Part shown: positions 26,572 through 36,307 of the stretch, piece by piece
How positions within the stretch are numbered: the first letter of the stretch is position 1
How the letters are laid out: each line of letters starts with the position of its first letter
Origin: an archaeon
Lineage (GTDB): Archaea; Micrarchaeota; Micrarchaeia; Anstonellales; Anstonellaceae
Length of the DNA: 64,000 nucleotides
Direction: 5' to 3'
Assembly: GCA_020056635.1 (NCBI GenBank)
Contig: JAGVHI010000024.1
Location: forward strand, 2,317 to 66,316
The notes under the pieces: generated by a model
Seen by the model: only the letters and a program-made list of their open reading frames with translations
Told to the model about the DNA's origin: nothing
Databases searched by the model: none
Position numbers and translations under genes: made by a program

Positions 26572-27634
26572 TTTTAAGCTCTGACAATGCAGCGATTGCC
26601 GCATCGTTCTGCCCTTCCATTCCGATTGCGATTCTTAGGAAGCCTTCTTTTGAGCCTGTGAAATTTGTCGAATCCACAACACTTATCTCGTGTTCTTCAA
26701 GAAGCCATTCCCTTGTTTCTTGGGGATTTTCGGTTTTGAACAGGAAAAAAGGCACATTGGAACCTCGCACCAAGCCTTCTCCAAGCGCGCTCTGTATCCT
26801 GTCAAACTCATGTTCCAAAAAAGAGAGAGTGTCCGGCAGATGCCCCTTGTCGCGCAAAGCGAATAGGGCGGCCATTTGGGAGATTCCGGCAACGCGGAAA
26901 GGGGAGATGCCTTTTGAGAATGCGGCAATATTATGCTCTTGCGATTCAATCCATCCGACGCGGAAATCCGCAAGCCCGAACGATTTTGAGAGGCTTTTTA
27001 GCACTGCAACGTTAGGGAATTTGTTCACCATGGTTGAAGTGTCCTGTGTGCCAAATGATGAGAGCACTGAATCAATGAGGAAGAAAGTTTTTGGCTGGGA
27101 GCGGATTAGGTGCTCTATGCTTGCAATTGGGATTTCATTTCCAGTTGGGTTGTTTGGCGTACAAAGCACTATTGCCTTGCAATCAGATGGTGCATCAGCA
27201 AGGCTTTCAAACAGCTGTATGTTTGCGCAGCAAAGCTCCCTGCCGACTATTTCAAAGCGCGAGAAAGTTGGGGTGAGTATCCCTAGGGAATGGCCTTTTG
27301 CAAGTATATGTGTCAAGGCTAGTTCTATCGCTTGGTCCGCGCCTGCAGTGAGCATTATGCTCTCTTTTGGAACTCCGCTGTGCAATGCAAGCATATCCAT
27401 CAGCCCTGGAAGCTCGGCTGGGTGCGAGTAATGGTGCATCTGGCTGAAATCAAGCGAGCGCAACCCCGCTGAAACTGAGGGAGGGAGCCCCAAGGGGTTT
27501 GTTACCATGTCAAGCCGGATTTTGGCATGCGCTGGAAGGGTTTCAGCGTATGAGCGCACAGAAGCAGGTGCTTGCAGCCCTGGCCTGAAAAATGGCGTTC
27601 GCTGATTACCTGGCCCGGGGGTAAAGTGGGCCAC
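26534..27634 (-). CDS. Class I/II (HisC-like) pyridoxal-phosphate aminotransferase
   Basis: PNNPTGN and SLSKSFGLADFRVGW (PLP-lysine region). GTG start. The 3' end overlaps the convergent synthase gene by 38 nt. Confidence 0.7.
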   Translation of the reverse strand: MAHFTPGPGNQRTPFFRPGLQAPASVRSYAETLPAHAKIRLDMVTNPLGLPPSVSAGLRSLDFSQMHHYSHPAELPGLMDMLALHSGVPKESIMLTAGADQAIELALTHILAKGHSLGILTPTFSRFEIVGRELCCANIQLFESLADAPSDCKAIVLCTPNNPTGNEIPIASIEHLIRSQPKTFFLIDSVLSSFGTQDTSTMVNKFPNVAVLKSLSKSFGLADFRVGWIESQEHNIAAFSKGISPFRVAGISQMAALFALRDKGHLPDTLSFLEHEFDRIQSALGEGLVRGSNVPFFLFKTENPQETREWLLEEHEISVVDSTNFTGSKEGFLRIAIGMEGQNDAAIAALSELKTSNTSARPSSAK

Positions 27635-27687
27635 CAGCTGTTATTTCCTTTCGTGTCACACTATCACCGTAGCGCTTTGTGTATTGA

Positions 27688-28359
27688 ATGCTTTTTATGC
27701 TGTGTAACGAAAATATGCGCATGAATGGGAATTCCAAGATGGTTTCGTACCTTGTTTCTGCCGGCTTTTCGGATGGGAGGGTGGCTAGGGCGATGAAAGA
27801 GATTGACAGGGCGCCGTTCGTTCCGGAAGATGAGCGGGAATTTGCTTATGAGGACAGGCCGCTTCCGATTGGCTTTGGGCAGACAATATCCGCACCGAGC
27901 GTCGTTGCAATCATGAGCAGGGAATTGCAAGTGGATGAGGGAATGGGAATACTTGAGATTGGGGCTGGGAGCGGATACCAGACTGCAGTCCTTGCATACC
28001 TTGCGGGAAAGGAGGGAGTGGTTTTTACTGTCGAGCGAATGGCCGAATTAAGCGGTCTTGCGAAGGGGAATGTTGCAAAATTGCCGCATTCGGTGCACGA
28101 GAGGCTTGCAAAAATAGAATTTTTCGTATCGGATGGGCATTTGGGGCTGCCTGCGTTTGCGCCTTTTGACAGGATAATAGTGACCGCTGCCGCGACTGAA
28201 ATCCCTTTTGCTCTAAAGAAGCAGCTTTCAAAAAACGGAAGAATGGTTATACCAGTGGGAACCGGGTGGGGGCAGGAATTGGTTGTTTATGAGAAGGGGC
28301 AGGAAAAGAGTATATTGCCCGTGATTTTCGTGCCACTTGTGAAGGATGAAGAAGGATGA
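27688..28359 (+). CDS. pcm: Protein-L-isoaspartate O-methyltransferase
   Basis: Motifs ISAPSVVA and LEIGAGSGYQTAVLA. Confidence 0.8.
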   Translation: MLFMLCNENMRMNGNSKMVSYLVSAGFSDGRVARAMKEIDRAPFVPEDEREFAYEDRPLPIGFGQTISAPSVVAIMSRELQVDEGMGILEIGAGSGYQTAVLAYLAGKEGVVFTVERMAELSGLAKGNVAKLPHSVHERLAKIEFFVSDGHLGLPAFAPFDRIIVTAAATEIPFALKKQLSKNGRMVIPVGTGWGQELVVYEKGQEKSILPVIFVPLVKDEEG

Positions 28360-28443
28360 TGACAGTTTGTGAATCGTCAAACGCCGAGGCAGCGGGCGGC
28401 TATTTAGTTATCTTTTTAAGCCAACCCAGAGCCTAATTTACTC

Positions 28444-29859
28444 ATGGCAAACAAGATGCTTTGGGGGGGCAGGTTCTCCCAGGAACCGGATGTCGCAGTG
28501 CTTGCTTTCAATAGCGAAGAGAGCGTCAAACTGGATGGGAGATTGGCGCGCTACGATGTGCTGGGCAGCATGGCGCATACCTTAATGCTGCAAAAGCAGG
28601 GGATTCTAAAGGGGGAGGAAGCGGGAGCTGTGCTTGTTGGGTTGCTTGAAATATTCGCGCAGGTGGAGCAGGGGAAATTCAAACTGAAGCCCGAGCTGGA
28701 AGACGTGCACATGAATGTCGAGGCGGAGTTGAGCAGAAAATACCCTGCAGCAAAAAAAATGCATACCGCAAGGTCTAGGAATGACCAGGTGACGCTGGAT
28801 ACAAGAATGTACATGAGGGATGCGATGATTGAGTGCGCAAGGGGGATTATAGGGGTTAGGAAAGCATTGGCAACGCTCTCTTCGGATAAAACCCCGTTCC
28901 CGACCTATACGCACACAAGGGTAGCGCAGCCTGCGACCGTTTCATTCTGGGCCAATGCGTGGTTTGAATCTTTCGGCAGGGATTTGGAGAGGTTGCTTGC
29001 GATGAAAAAGAGGCTGTGGGAAAACCCGCTTGGGGCAGGGGCAGTTGCGGGAACCACCTGGAATATCGACAGGAAATACACCACGAAACTGCTGGGTTTC
29101 GATTCAGTGCAGGAGAATGCGCTGGATGTGGTGAGCTCGAGAGGGGAACACGAGGCGGAGCTAGTATCCGTGCTTGCGATTGCCATGGTGAAAGCTAGCA
29201 GGATTGCAGAAGAGCTCATTTGGCTTTCGGAAAAAGGGATTGTTGAGATTCCGGACAGGTACTGCAGCGGAAGCTCAATCATGCCGCAGAAGAAGAATGC
29301 GGATTGCCTGGAATTGGTGAGAGGGAGGGCTGCAAGGGTGCAGGGGCATCTTGTGCACCTGCTTGCGCTATCTAAGGGGCTTCCTTCTGGCTATAATTCG
29401 GATTCGCAGGAGAGCAAGTTTGCACTGATGGGGGCGATTGATGTGAGCCTGCCAAGCATGAAATTGCTTGCGGGAGTGCTTGCAGGGATTTCAGTTGATA
29501 GGGAGAAGGCAGTGCTGGAAATTGAGGAGGGATATGCTTGCGCGACCGAGCTTGCGGATTTGCTTGCAAGGAAGGGGGTTCCGTTCAGGGATGCGCATTC
29601 GATTTCTGGGCAAACGGTTGCAAAATTGATTAAGGAAAAGAGGTTCCTCTCATCGCTTAAAGTGTTTGAGCTTCCGGCAAAGGGAATTTTGCAGCACGAG
29701 CTTGCGCAAGCGGTGAACCCGGATAAGGGCAAGAGGATGGTGAAAGCGATTTCTGCAGCCGAGGCCGGGGAGTACGAGAGCGAAGTGGATTCTCTGGAAA
29801 GGGCGCTTGCAAAATCGGAAGGGGAATTGCTTGCGCTTGCGAAGAAAAATTCAAAGTAG
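28444..29859 (+). CDS. argH: Argininosuccinate lyase
   Basis: LWGGRF N-terminus, TARSRNDQV, and fumarate-lyase signature GSSIMPQKKN. Confidence 0.9.
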   Translation: MANKMLWGGRFSQEPDVAVLAFNSEESVKLDGRLARYDVLGSMAHTLMLQKQGILKGEEAGAVLVGLLEIFAQVEQGKFKLKPELEDVHMNVEAELSRKYPAAKKMHTARSRNDQVTLDTRMYMRDAMIECARGIIGVRKALATLSSDKTPFPTYTHTRVAQPATVSFWANAWFESFGRDLERLLAMKKRLWENPLGAGAVAGTTWNIDRKYTTKLLGFDSVQENALDVVSSRGEHEAELVSVLAIAMVKASRIAEELIWLSEKGIVEIPDRYCSGSSIMPQKKNADCLELVRGRAARVQGHLVHLLALSKGLPSGYNSDSQESKFALMGAIDVSLPSMKLLAGVLAGISVDREKAVLEIEEGYACATELADLLARKGVPFRDAHSISGQTVAKLIKEKRFLSSLKVFELPAKGILQHELAQAVNPDKGKRMVKAISAAEAGEYESEVDSLERALAKSEGELLALAKKNSK

Positions 29860-29872
29860 AGTGCGTGTTCAA

Positions 29873-31135
29873 ATGGGAAAAACATCCGCTGTTTCAGGAT
29901 TTTATAAGCTATCGGCAGCGGAACGGCTGGGGATAGTTGCGGAGTTTGCAAACCTGAATGAGGTGGAGAGGAAAGCGGTTGAGGGGGCTGCTGGCTTGAG
30001 CTTGGCTGCCGCGGACAGGATGAGCGAGAATGTGGTTGGGGTGTTCGGGCTCCCGCTTGCGTTTGCAAGCAATTTCCTGATTGATGGGAAGGAATATTTT
30101 GTGCCTATGGCTATTGAGGAGCCTTCCGTAGTTGCTGCGGCTTCGAATGGCGCGAGGTTGGCAAGGCCCGGGGGGTTTGCCACCAGTGCGAGCGAGCCTG
30201 TGATGAGGGGGCAGGTGCAGCTCGTGTGCAATGATGCAAGCGGGGCGGTGCGGGAGCTGGAGAAAAAAAGGAAGGAGATTGAAAAGGTTGCAAAAGAGAA
30301 TGCTAAAGGGATTGAGCAGTTTGGCGGGGGAGTGAGGGGAATAGAGTTCGGGAAGCTCAAAACAAGCAGGGGAACAGTTGCAACTGCAATCATATTTGTC
30401 GATTGCAGGGATGCGATGGGAGCAAACACGGTGAATACCATTTGCGAAGCGGTCGGGGCGGAGATGGAACAGGTTGCGGGAGGAAAGGCGCGGCTGCGGA
30501 TAATTTCAAACCTTGCAACCGAGAGAACTGTGCGCGCAAAATGCGCATGGAAAAAGGAAGCGGTAGGGGAAGAAGAGATTGAGGGGATTTTGGATGCATA
30601 TGCGTTTGCGGCTGCGGATGTGTATAGGGCTTGCACGCACAATAAAGGGATAATGAACGGGATTGACGCTGTTGCGGTGGCTACCGGGAACGATTGGAGG
30701 GCTGTGGAAGCCGGGGCGCATGCTTATGCGTCCCTTTCTGGGAAGTATATGCCGCTTACGAAATATGAGAAAATGAAAAATGGGGATTTGCTTGGGAGCA
30801 TTGAATTGCCCATTGCAGTAGGGTTGGTTGGAGGCGCAACTAAAACGCATCCTGCAGCGAGGGCTTGTGTGAAGGTGCTTGGGGTGAAAACTGCCAGCGA
30901 GCTTGCAAGAGTGATGGCTGCAGTCGGGCTTGCGCAGAACTTTGCTGCATTGCGCGCGCTTTCAGGCGAGGGGATACAGAAGGGGCATATGAGGCTGCAT
31001 GCAAAGAACCTTGCAGTGATGGCAGGCGCGAATGAAGGGGAGATTGGGAAGGTTGCAAATAGAATGGAAGGGAGTGGAGAGGCAACGCTTGAGGGCGCAA
31101 AAAAAGCGCTTTTGGAAATAAGGGGAGAAAAATGA
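29873..31135 (+). CDS. hmgA: HMG-CoA reductase, class II type
   Basis: MAIEEPSVVAAAS and DAMGANTVN resemble class II enzymes. ATG at 29873. Confidence 0.8.
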   Translation: MGKTSAVSGFYKLSAAERLGIVAEFANLNEVERKAVEGAAGLSLAAADRMSENVVGVFGLPLAFASNFLIDGKEYFVPMAIEEPSVVAAASNGARLARPGGFATSASEPVMRGQVQLVCNDASGAVRELEKKRKEIEKVAKENAKGIEQFGGGVRGIEFGKLKTSRGTVATAIIFVDCRDAMGANTVNTICEAVGAEMEQVAGGKARLRIISNLATERTVRAKCAWKKEAVGEEEIEGILDAYAFAAADVYRACTHNKGIMNGIDAVAVATGNDWRAVEAGAHAYASLSGKYMPLTKYEKMKNGDLLGSIELPIAVGLVGGATKTHPAARACVKVLGVKTASELARVMAAVGLAQNFAALRALSGEGIQKGHMRLHAKNLAVMAGANEGEIGKVANRMEGSGEATLEGAKKALLEIRGEK

Positions 31136-32157
31136 TTCTTGAGATGGCAGTCGTATTGGCAACAGGCTTCCTGATCACGCTAGTATCGGTGAAAAAAATA
31201 ATCCCTAAAATGGTCGCTGCGGGGATTGTCGGGCGCGATGTCAACAAGCCGGAGAGGCCGCATGTTGCGGAAATGGGAGGGGTTGCGATAGTGATGGGGT
31301 TTGTTGGGGCAGTGCTGCTTGCGATTGCGATGCATGAGACGCTTGGGATTGGCGCGGTTGTTGCAAACGAGATTGGGGTCAAGGCAGTGGCGCTCCGGTT
31401 TGATTTGGTTTCGGTGCTTGCTGCGATGGTCACGGTGCTCATTGTCGCGCTCGTTGGGGTATTTGATGATTTGTTCAATATGGCGCAAAGGACAAAGGCG
31501 CTGCTGCCGATTGTGGCTGCGATTCCGCTTATTGCGGTGCAGTTCACAAGCTCAAGCGCAATCAGCTTCCCGTTCGTAGGGATGGTTGATTTTGGGATAG
31601 TGTATTTCGTCATTCTCATTCCGCTTGCGATTACAGTGTGCTCGAACCTCACGAACATGCTTGCGGGATTCAACGGGCTGGAGGCAGGGATGGGAAGCGT
31701 GATGTTTGTTGCAATCCTGGCGTTGGCCATTGCCTCAGGCTCGGTTGCGATGGGAGTGCTTTCCGCCGCAATGCTGGGGGCGCTGCTTGCATTCCTGCTC
31801 TTCAACTGGTTCCCTGCAAAAGTGTTCATGGGGGACATTGGGACGCTGTCAATTGGCACTGTGGCTGCCACGGCGGTGATTATCGGGAATTACAAGGTTG
31901 CAGGGGTGATAATGTTCGCCCCGTATGTGGTGGATTTCGCGATAAAAGCAATCAATCGGTTCCCGAGCGCCAATTGGTGGGGGGAGCCTAAGGGCGGGAA
32001 GCTCTTTGCCCCTGAGGGGCGGGCGAGGGGGCTGTGCCAGCTTATAATGAAAAAAATGAATGGCATAAGCGAGAGGAACCTTGTGCTGCTCCTAATAGCG
32101 GTTGAGATGGTGTTTGCAGCGGTTGCGCTTGCATTGTACCTTCCGAGAGTGGTTTGA
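31132..32157 (+). CDS. Glycosyltransferase family 4 (dolichyl/undecaprenyl-phosphate GlcNAc-1-P transferase-like)
   Basis: DDLFNM and NMLAGFNGLEAG motifs of the MraY/WecA/AglH family. ATGA overlap with hmgA. Confidence 0.75.
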   Translation: MILEMAVVLATGFLITLVSVKKIIPKMVAAGIVGRDVNKPERPHVAEMGGVAIVMGFVGAVLLAIAMHETLGIGAVVANEIGVKAVALRFDLVSVLAAMVTVLIVALVGVFDDLFNMAQRTKALLPIVAAIPLIAVQFTSSSAISFPFVGMVDFGIVYFVILIPLAITVCSNLTNMLAGFNGLEAGMGSVMFVAILALAIASGSVAMGVLSAAMLGALLAFLLFNWFPAKVFMGDIGTLSIGTVAATAVIIGNYKVAGVIMFAPYVVDFAIKAINRFPSANWWGEPKGGKLFAPEGRARGLCQLIMKKMNGISERNLVLLLIAVEMVFAAVALALYLPRVV

Positions 32158-33042
32158 ATGATTCTTGTGACTGGCGGGTCCGGGTTCATTGGCACGCACC
32201 TTGTGCGCGAGCTTTGCAGGAAGGGGGAAGCGGTGCGGAACATGGATATCAGGAAGCCAAAAGAGCAGAATGGGGAGTATTTCAAAGGGGATGTGAGAAA
32301 AGGGAAAGATTGTGAGCTGGCTTGCGAGGGGTGCGGAACTGTGATGCACCTTGCGGCGATTGCGGATGTGGCGGCATCGATTGCAGACCCGGCCGGGAAT
32401 TTCCAAACCAATGCGGTTGGGACTGTGAGGATGGTTGAGGCTGCAAAAAATGCTGGAGTGAAAAGGTTTGTGTATGCGTCTTCGGCAGCGGTTTACGGCC
32501 CGCCTCATTCGCTTCCAATATCAGAGAGCCACCCGGCCAACCCGATTTCGCCCTACGGGCTCTCAAAACTGGCTGCGGAAAAATTCGTGCTCATGCATCC
32601 TGCTGCGGGTCCGGAGCCAGTTGCGCTGAGGTATTTTAACGTGTACGGCCCGGGGCAGGACCCACAGAGCCCTTATTCAGGAGTGATGACCAAGTTTGCA
32701 GATGCGATAAGGAAGGGGGAGGGGATCACTGTTTTTGGGGATGGGCTGCAGACTAGGGATTTTGTGCATGTGGCCGATGTGGTGCAGGCAACCATGCTTG
32801 CGGCATCCGCAAAGGGGTGCGTGGGGAAAGCGGTGAATATTGGCTCGGGAAAGGAGGTTTCAATCGGCGGGATGGCAAGAATGATGATTGGGGCGTCAGG
32901 GAAGAAAATTGGAATAAATTATGAGCCGAAAAGGAGCGGGGACATTGAAAAGAGCGTAGCGGATGTTTCGCTTGCGAAAAACTGCCTCGGGTTCGAGCCT
33001 AAAATGGCATTTGAGAAGGGTGTTTCGCAGCTCCTGCAATAG
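32158..33042 (+). CDS. NAD-dependent nucleotide-sugar epimerase/dehydratase
   Basis: VTGGSGFIGTHL Rossmann motif and YGLSKLAAE (YxxxK). Confidence 0.8.
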   Translation: MILVTGGSGFIGTHLVRELCRKGEAVRNMDIRKPKEQNGEYFKGDVRKGKDCELACEGCGTVMHLAAIADVAASIADPAGNFQTNAVGTVRMVEAAKNAGVKRFVYASSAAVYGPPHSLPISESHPANPISPYGLSKLAAEKFVLMHPAAGPEPVALRYFNVYGPGQDPQSPYSGVMTKFADAIRKGEGITVFGDGLQTRDFVHVADVVQATMLAASAKGCVGKAVNIGSGKEVSIGGMARMMIGASGKKIGINYEPKRSGDIEKSVADVSLAKNCLGFEPKMAFEKGVSQLLQ

Positions 33043-33049
33043 CGCGCGG

Positions 33050-33769
33050 CTATTTCTTTGAGTGGTGGTGCAGCGCAATATCCAGGATGCTGATTGTCTT
33101 GTGGATGCTCTCGTAATCCTCCATGCGCCCTATGTCCACCCAGTAGCTGTCAAACACGTAGGAGTTTATGTCCTTCTTGGCTGAGAGGAGGGAGGGGAAG
33201 ACGTTTTTTGCAAAATCATCCTTTGGCTTTATGTAGTCTAATATTTCCGGCTCGAATGCGTAAACCCCGGCATTCACAAGGTTCTCAACTATCGGCTTTT
33301 CTGAAAAGTCGCTTATTTTCCCGTCAGGGCGCAGGTGCGCTATCCCGTAATCAAGCGGGACGCCGGTTTTCTTGAGCCCTATTGTCGCAATGCACCCGGA
33401 TTTCTTGTGGCAGGATAAAAGCTCACTTATGCTCACGTTTGTCAGGTGGTCGCCCATAACCACCACGAAGGTGCCCGTTGCCATGCCCTTTTTTGCAAGT
33501 ATCGCACCTGCGGTGTTCTGCTCCTCATTTTCCTTCGAGTATGTTATTTTCACCCCGAATTTCGAGCCGTCGCCAAAGTGCGAAATTATCTGTTCTGAGA
33601 GGTAGCCCACCGCGAGCACTAGGTCAGTGACTCCGCTGTTTGCGAGGTTCCCGATTACGAATTCAAGAATCGGCCTTTTCCCAAGCGGAAGCATGGGTTT
33701 GGGTATCGAATAGGTGTAAGGCCTAAGGCGCGTACCCTTCCCGCCGCACAGCACGAATGCAATTGTCAT
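33050..33769 (-). CDS. Sugar-phosphate nucleotidyltransferase
   Basis: LCGGKGTRLRPYTYSIPKPMLP (GGxGTRLxPxT). Confidence 0.8.
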   Translation of the reverse strand: MTIAFVLCGGKGTRLRPYTYSIPKPMLPLGKRPILEFVIGNLANSGVTDLVLAVGYLSEQIISHFGDGSKFGVKITYSKENEEQNTAGAILAKKGMATGTFVVVMGDHLTNVSISELLSCHKKSGCIATIGLKKTGVPLDYGIAHLRPDGKISDFSEKPIVENLVNAGVYAFEPEILDYIKPKDDFAKNVFPSLLSAKKDINSYVFDSYWVDIGRMEDYESIHKTISILDIALHHHSKK

Positions 33770-33834
33770 TTTCTCACCACGCTATGTGTTTGGTTGGGAG
33801 TATTTTTTATTTAATACTCCTAGGTATGGCTCCC

Positions 33835-35190
33835 TTAAGAAGAGCGAAGCATTGATTCTACTTTTTTCTTGTAAAAGAGCATGAGCTTTTCAGCCTCGCG
33901 CGGGGTTTTTGCCTCTGCAAAAACACGGATATAGTTTTCTGTGCCAGAGGCGCGGATTATCGCCCATGAATCTTCGAAATTGATGCGCACCCCGTCAGTC
34001 AGGTCAAGCTTCCCGGCTTTTACCATTTTTGGTAGATTGGAGATTATTTTCCCTTTCTGCTCGGGCTTGGCAGGGAGCTTGCATTTTGAATTGTAGTAGA
34101 GTGGGATTTGCGATAGGAGATGGGAGAGGGGCTTGTCGCAAACAGCCTGCGCAGCCATTGCAGCCGAGTAAATCCCATCCTTTGCAAGCGAGAAGTCCGA
34201 CCAGATGACTCCGCCCACTTCCTCGCCGCCCATCACGGCATTCTCGCGCAGCACTGCCTCGGAAATGTATGGGGCGCCCACGCCCACGTAAATTGTTTGA
34301 ACGCCGGATTCTTTTGCCACATCCTCCACCGCGCGGCTCGTGGAAACTGTGTTCACTATTTTTCCTTTCCGTTTTTGGAGCATGAGCATTGCGGAGAGCG
34401 CAAATACCCGGTCGCCAACAACCCACTCGCCCTTTTCATCCACGTACACCACGCGGTCCGCATCCCCGTCCCATGCTACGCCCATGTCAAACCCGCCCTC
34501 GCGCATGAGCGCAATAAGGTCCGATACGTTGTCGCGGATTGGCTCTGAGTTCCTGCCCGGGAAAGTGCCATCGAGCTGGGAATTGAGCACCGTGAGCTGG
34601 CACCCGAGCGCGGCGAAAAGCTTTGGGGCGACGAGAGTGGACGTCCCGTTGCCCGGGTCAAGCGCAAGCCTAAGCTTGCGTTTTTTGAATTTTGGGACAT
34701 TGAGCCTGGAGAGTATTGCCGCAATGTAGGAATCGATTGTATCAGTGCGCACAGTATGCTTCCCTATTTCATTCCAGTTCACTGGCGGATGCTCAAGGTA
34801 TTTTTCTATCTCGTGCCCGGTTTCGCGCGAAACGGATACGCCGTTTCCAGCCACGAACTTGAGTGCGTTCCACTCAGGGGGGTTGTGCGATGCGGTTACG
34901 ATGATTAGCCCGTCCGCCTGCGTGTGCTTGAGCATCCACTCCGCAGTTGGGGAGGGGCAGATGCCGATTTCTATCGCATTTGCGCCGCCTGAGAGAACGC
35001 CTGCGATTGATGCCTGGGTGAGCGCGGTTCCTGTTAGCCGCATGTCACGGGCAATAAGTAGGGAGGGGTTTGTTTTCTGCACCTTTAGCGCGGTCCAGAA
35101 GGCAAAAGCCTTGCAGAGCTTTGCTGCAAGCTCGACTGTGAGCTCGTCGAACTTCCCGCGCACGCCGTTGGTTCCGAAGTAGTTTGGCAT
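33835..35190 (-). CDS. glmM: Phosphoglucosamine/phosphomannomutase
   Basis: FGTNGVRG start region, active-site TASHNPPEWNALKF and metal loop WDGDADR. ATG at 35190. Confidence 0.85.
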   Translation of the reverse strand: MPNYFGTNGVRGKFDELTVELAAKLCKAFAFWTALKVQKTNPSLLIARDMRLTGTALTQASIAGVLSGGANAIEIGICPSPTAEWMLKHTQADGLIIVTASHNPPEWNALKFVAGNGVSVSRETGHEIEKYLEHPPVNWNEIGKHTVRTDTIDSYIAAILSRLNVPKFKKRKLRLALDPGNGTSTLVAPKLFAALGCQLTVLNSQLDGTFPGRNSEPIRDNVSDLIALMREGGFDMGVAWDGDADRVVYVDEKGEWVVGDRVFALSAMLMLQKRKGKIVNTVSTSRAVEDVAKESGVQTIYVGVGAPYISEAVLRENAVMGGEEVGGVIWSDFSLAKDGIYSAAMAAQAVCDKPLSHLLSQIPLYYNSKCKLPAKPEQKGKIISNLPKMVKAGKLDLTDGVRINFEDSWAIIRASGTENYIRVFAEAKTPREAEKLMLFYKKKVESMLRSS

Positions 35191-35253
35191 AGGACCAGCA
35201 GTAGGTTCGTTCGAGGGGGAAATTAAAAAAGGTTGGCAAGCAGGAAAGAGTAC

Positions 35254-35538
35254 ATGGCATTTGAGGATGGTTGGTGGCTGAAAAGGCATTCCAAAGAGAC
35301 ATTTAGCATCCTATCAACTCTATACCTGGGGATTATTCTATTCAGCGTTATGAGCAACATCGTGCCAGAGCCTGGAGACAGGGATTTTTACAACGGCCTG
35401 TTTGGGGATGGGATCAGGCTGGTTGCAGGCGACCCGTTTATCAGAGCGCCTTTGGCAATTCTCGTTTGGGGGGCTTGTATGTATCTCCTCTGGTTCCGCA
35501 AAAAAGAGAATCGCATTGTGGAGTGGAAACCAAGCTGA
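35254..35538 (+). CDS. Small membrane protein (unknown)
   Basis: 94 aa with two to three hydrophobic helices. AT-box AATTAAAAAA lies 24-33 nt upstream of the ATG. Confidence 0.35.
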   Translation: MAFEDGWWLKRHSKETFSILSTLYLGIILFSVMSNIVPEPGDRDFYNGLFGDGIRLVAGDPFIRAPLAILVWGACMYLLWFRKKENRIVEWKPS

Positions 35539-35566
35539 AGGAAGCCCAGCGCATTGCCAGGGAATT

Positions 35567-36028
35567 TTACTTTGAGCCGCTGGGCCCGTCCGCCAGAACC
35601 TTAGCATTCGCGGCCCAGCCGAAATCTTCCCTAGCAAGCGCCTCATTCAACGCCCAGAGGACATTATATGGGCTTGCCCTTGCATCCTCAACAGGCACAG
35701 GCTTCCACCCATTTTTCTTGCCGTCTTCCTCAAGCGCAAATTCCCATTTCCCTTCCTGGGTGCGCATCAGGATTTCGTGCGTTTCGTACATCTGCTCTTC
35801 AACAACGCTCAATCCAGGCCAGCCCCCGGCCGCAGTAACTTCACCGACTTGCACTCGCCTGATTACTGCAGGCTTTCCGTCCCCGCTGGCGCCTATTGCG
35901 GCGCTAGTTGGGCGTATGATTAGGCTCCTGCGAAGCGGCCCAAGGTCAGGTTTCGTTATCCTTGTTCCGGCCCCAGTAAGGGCTTTTGCAGTTGTAACCA
36001 TCACATCAGTAGGACTTGGGCCTCCCAT
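35567..36028 (-). CDS. Hypothetical protein
   Basis: 153-aa ATG ORF with ordinary composition. No motif recognised. Confidence 0.4.
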   Translation of the reverse strand: MGGPSPTDVMVTTAKALTGAGTRITKPDLGPLRRSLIIRPTSAAIGASGDGKPAVIRRVQVGEVTAAGGWPGLSVVEEQMYETHEILMRTQEGKWEFALEEDGKKNGWKPVPVEDARASPYNVLWALNEALAREDFGWAANAKVLADGPSGSK

Positions 36029-36158
36029 AAAATCACTTCGTTGTTCTGGGAATTGGTGCTAATAAAGAGTTGTCACGAAAATAAGCCCTAAGCCCCGGAG
36101 CGATATCGACATCCTTTTTATCCCCGCGCCCGCAAACTAAACTGCCTGCCCCTGTAGC

Positions 36159-36307
36159 AGGGCCTTTCTTTTCCTCCGGAAAAGAAACCCCCGAGAAAGA
36201 AAAGAACCATGACCGCGAAAAATATCCGCTTTTCGAGCAGGTTTTTTCGCCCAAGAAAATCGCCATGTCATTAGCTTTTTTATCTCTCGTCTCGAAATCA
36301 GAGTTAT
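36159..36307 (+). repeat. tRNA-associated structured element, copy E2 (flanked by duplicated tRNA-Thr 5' end)
   Basis: GGCCTTTCTTTTCCTCCGGAAAAGAAAC hairpin, GAGAAAGAAAAGAACC tract, GCGAAAAATATCCG...GGTTTTTTCGC hairpin. Its 3' part TTATCTC..CAGAGTT is shared with copy E3. Bounded by TGCCCCTGTAGC on both sides. Confidence 0.65.

Noticed and set aside
25789-26604. Long antisense ORFs opposite well-supported genes. Examples are 25789-26604, 57981-59093, 43714-44916, 10332-11063, 30840-31871, 29391-30068, 38226-38912 and 2202-3005.
   Set aside because: Each lies entirely within a gene with strong family motifs on the other strand. Their translations are low-complexity (Pro/Ser/Arg/His-rich) with no motifs. 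They are typical shadow ORFs in ~50% GC DNA.
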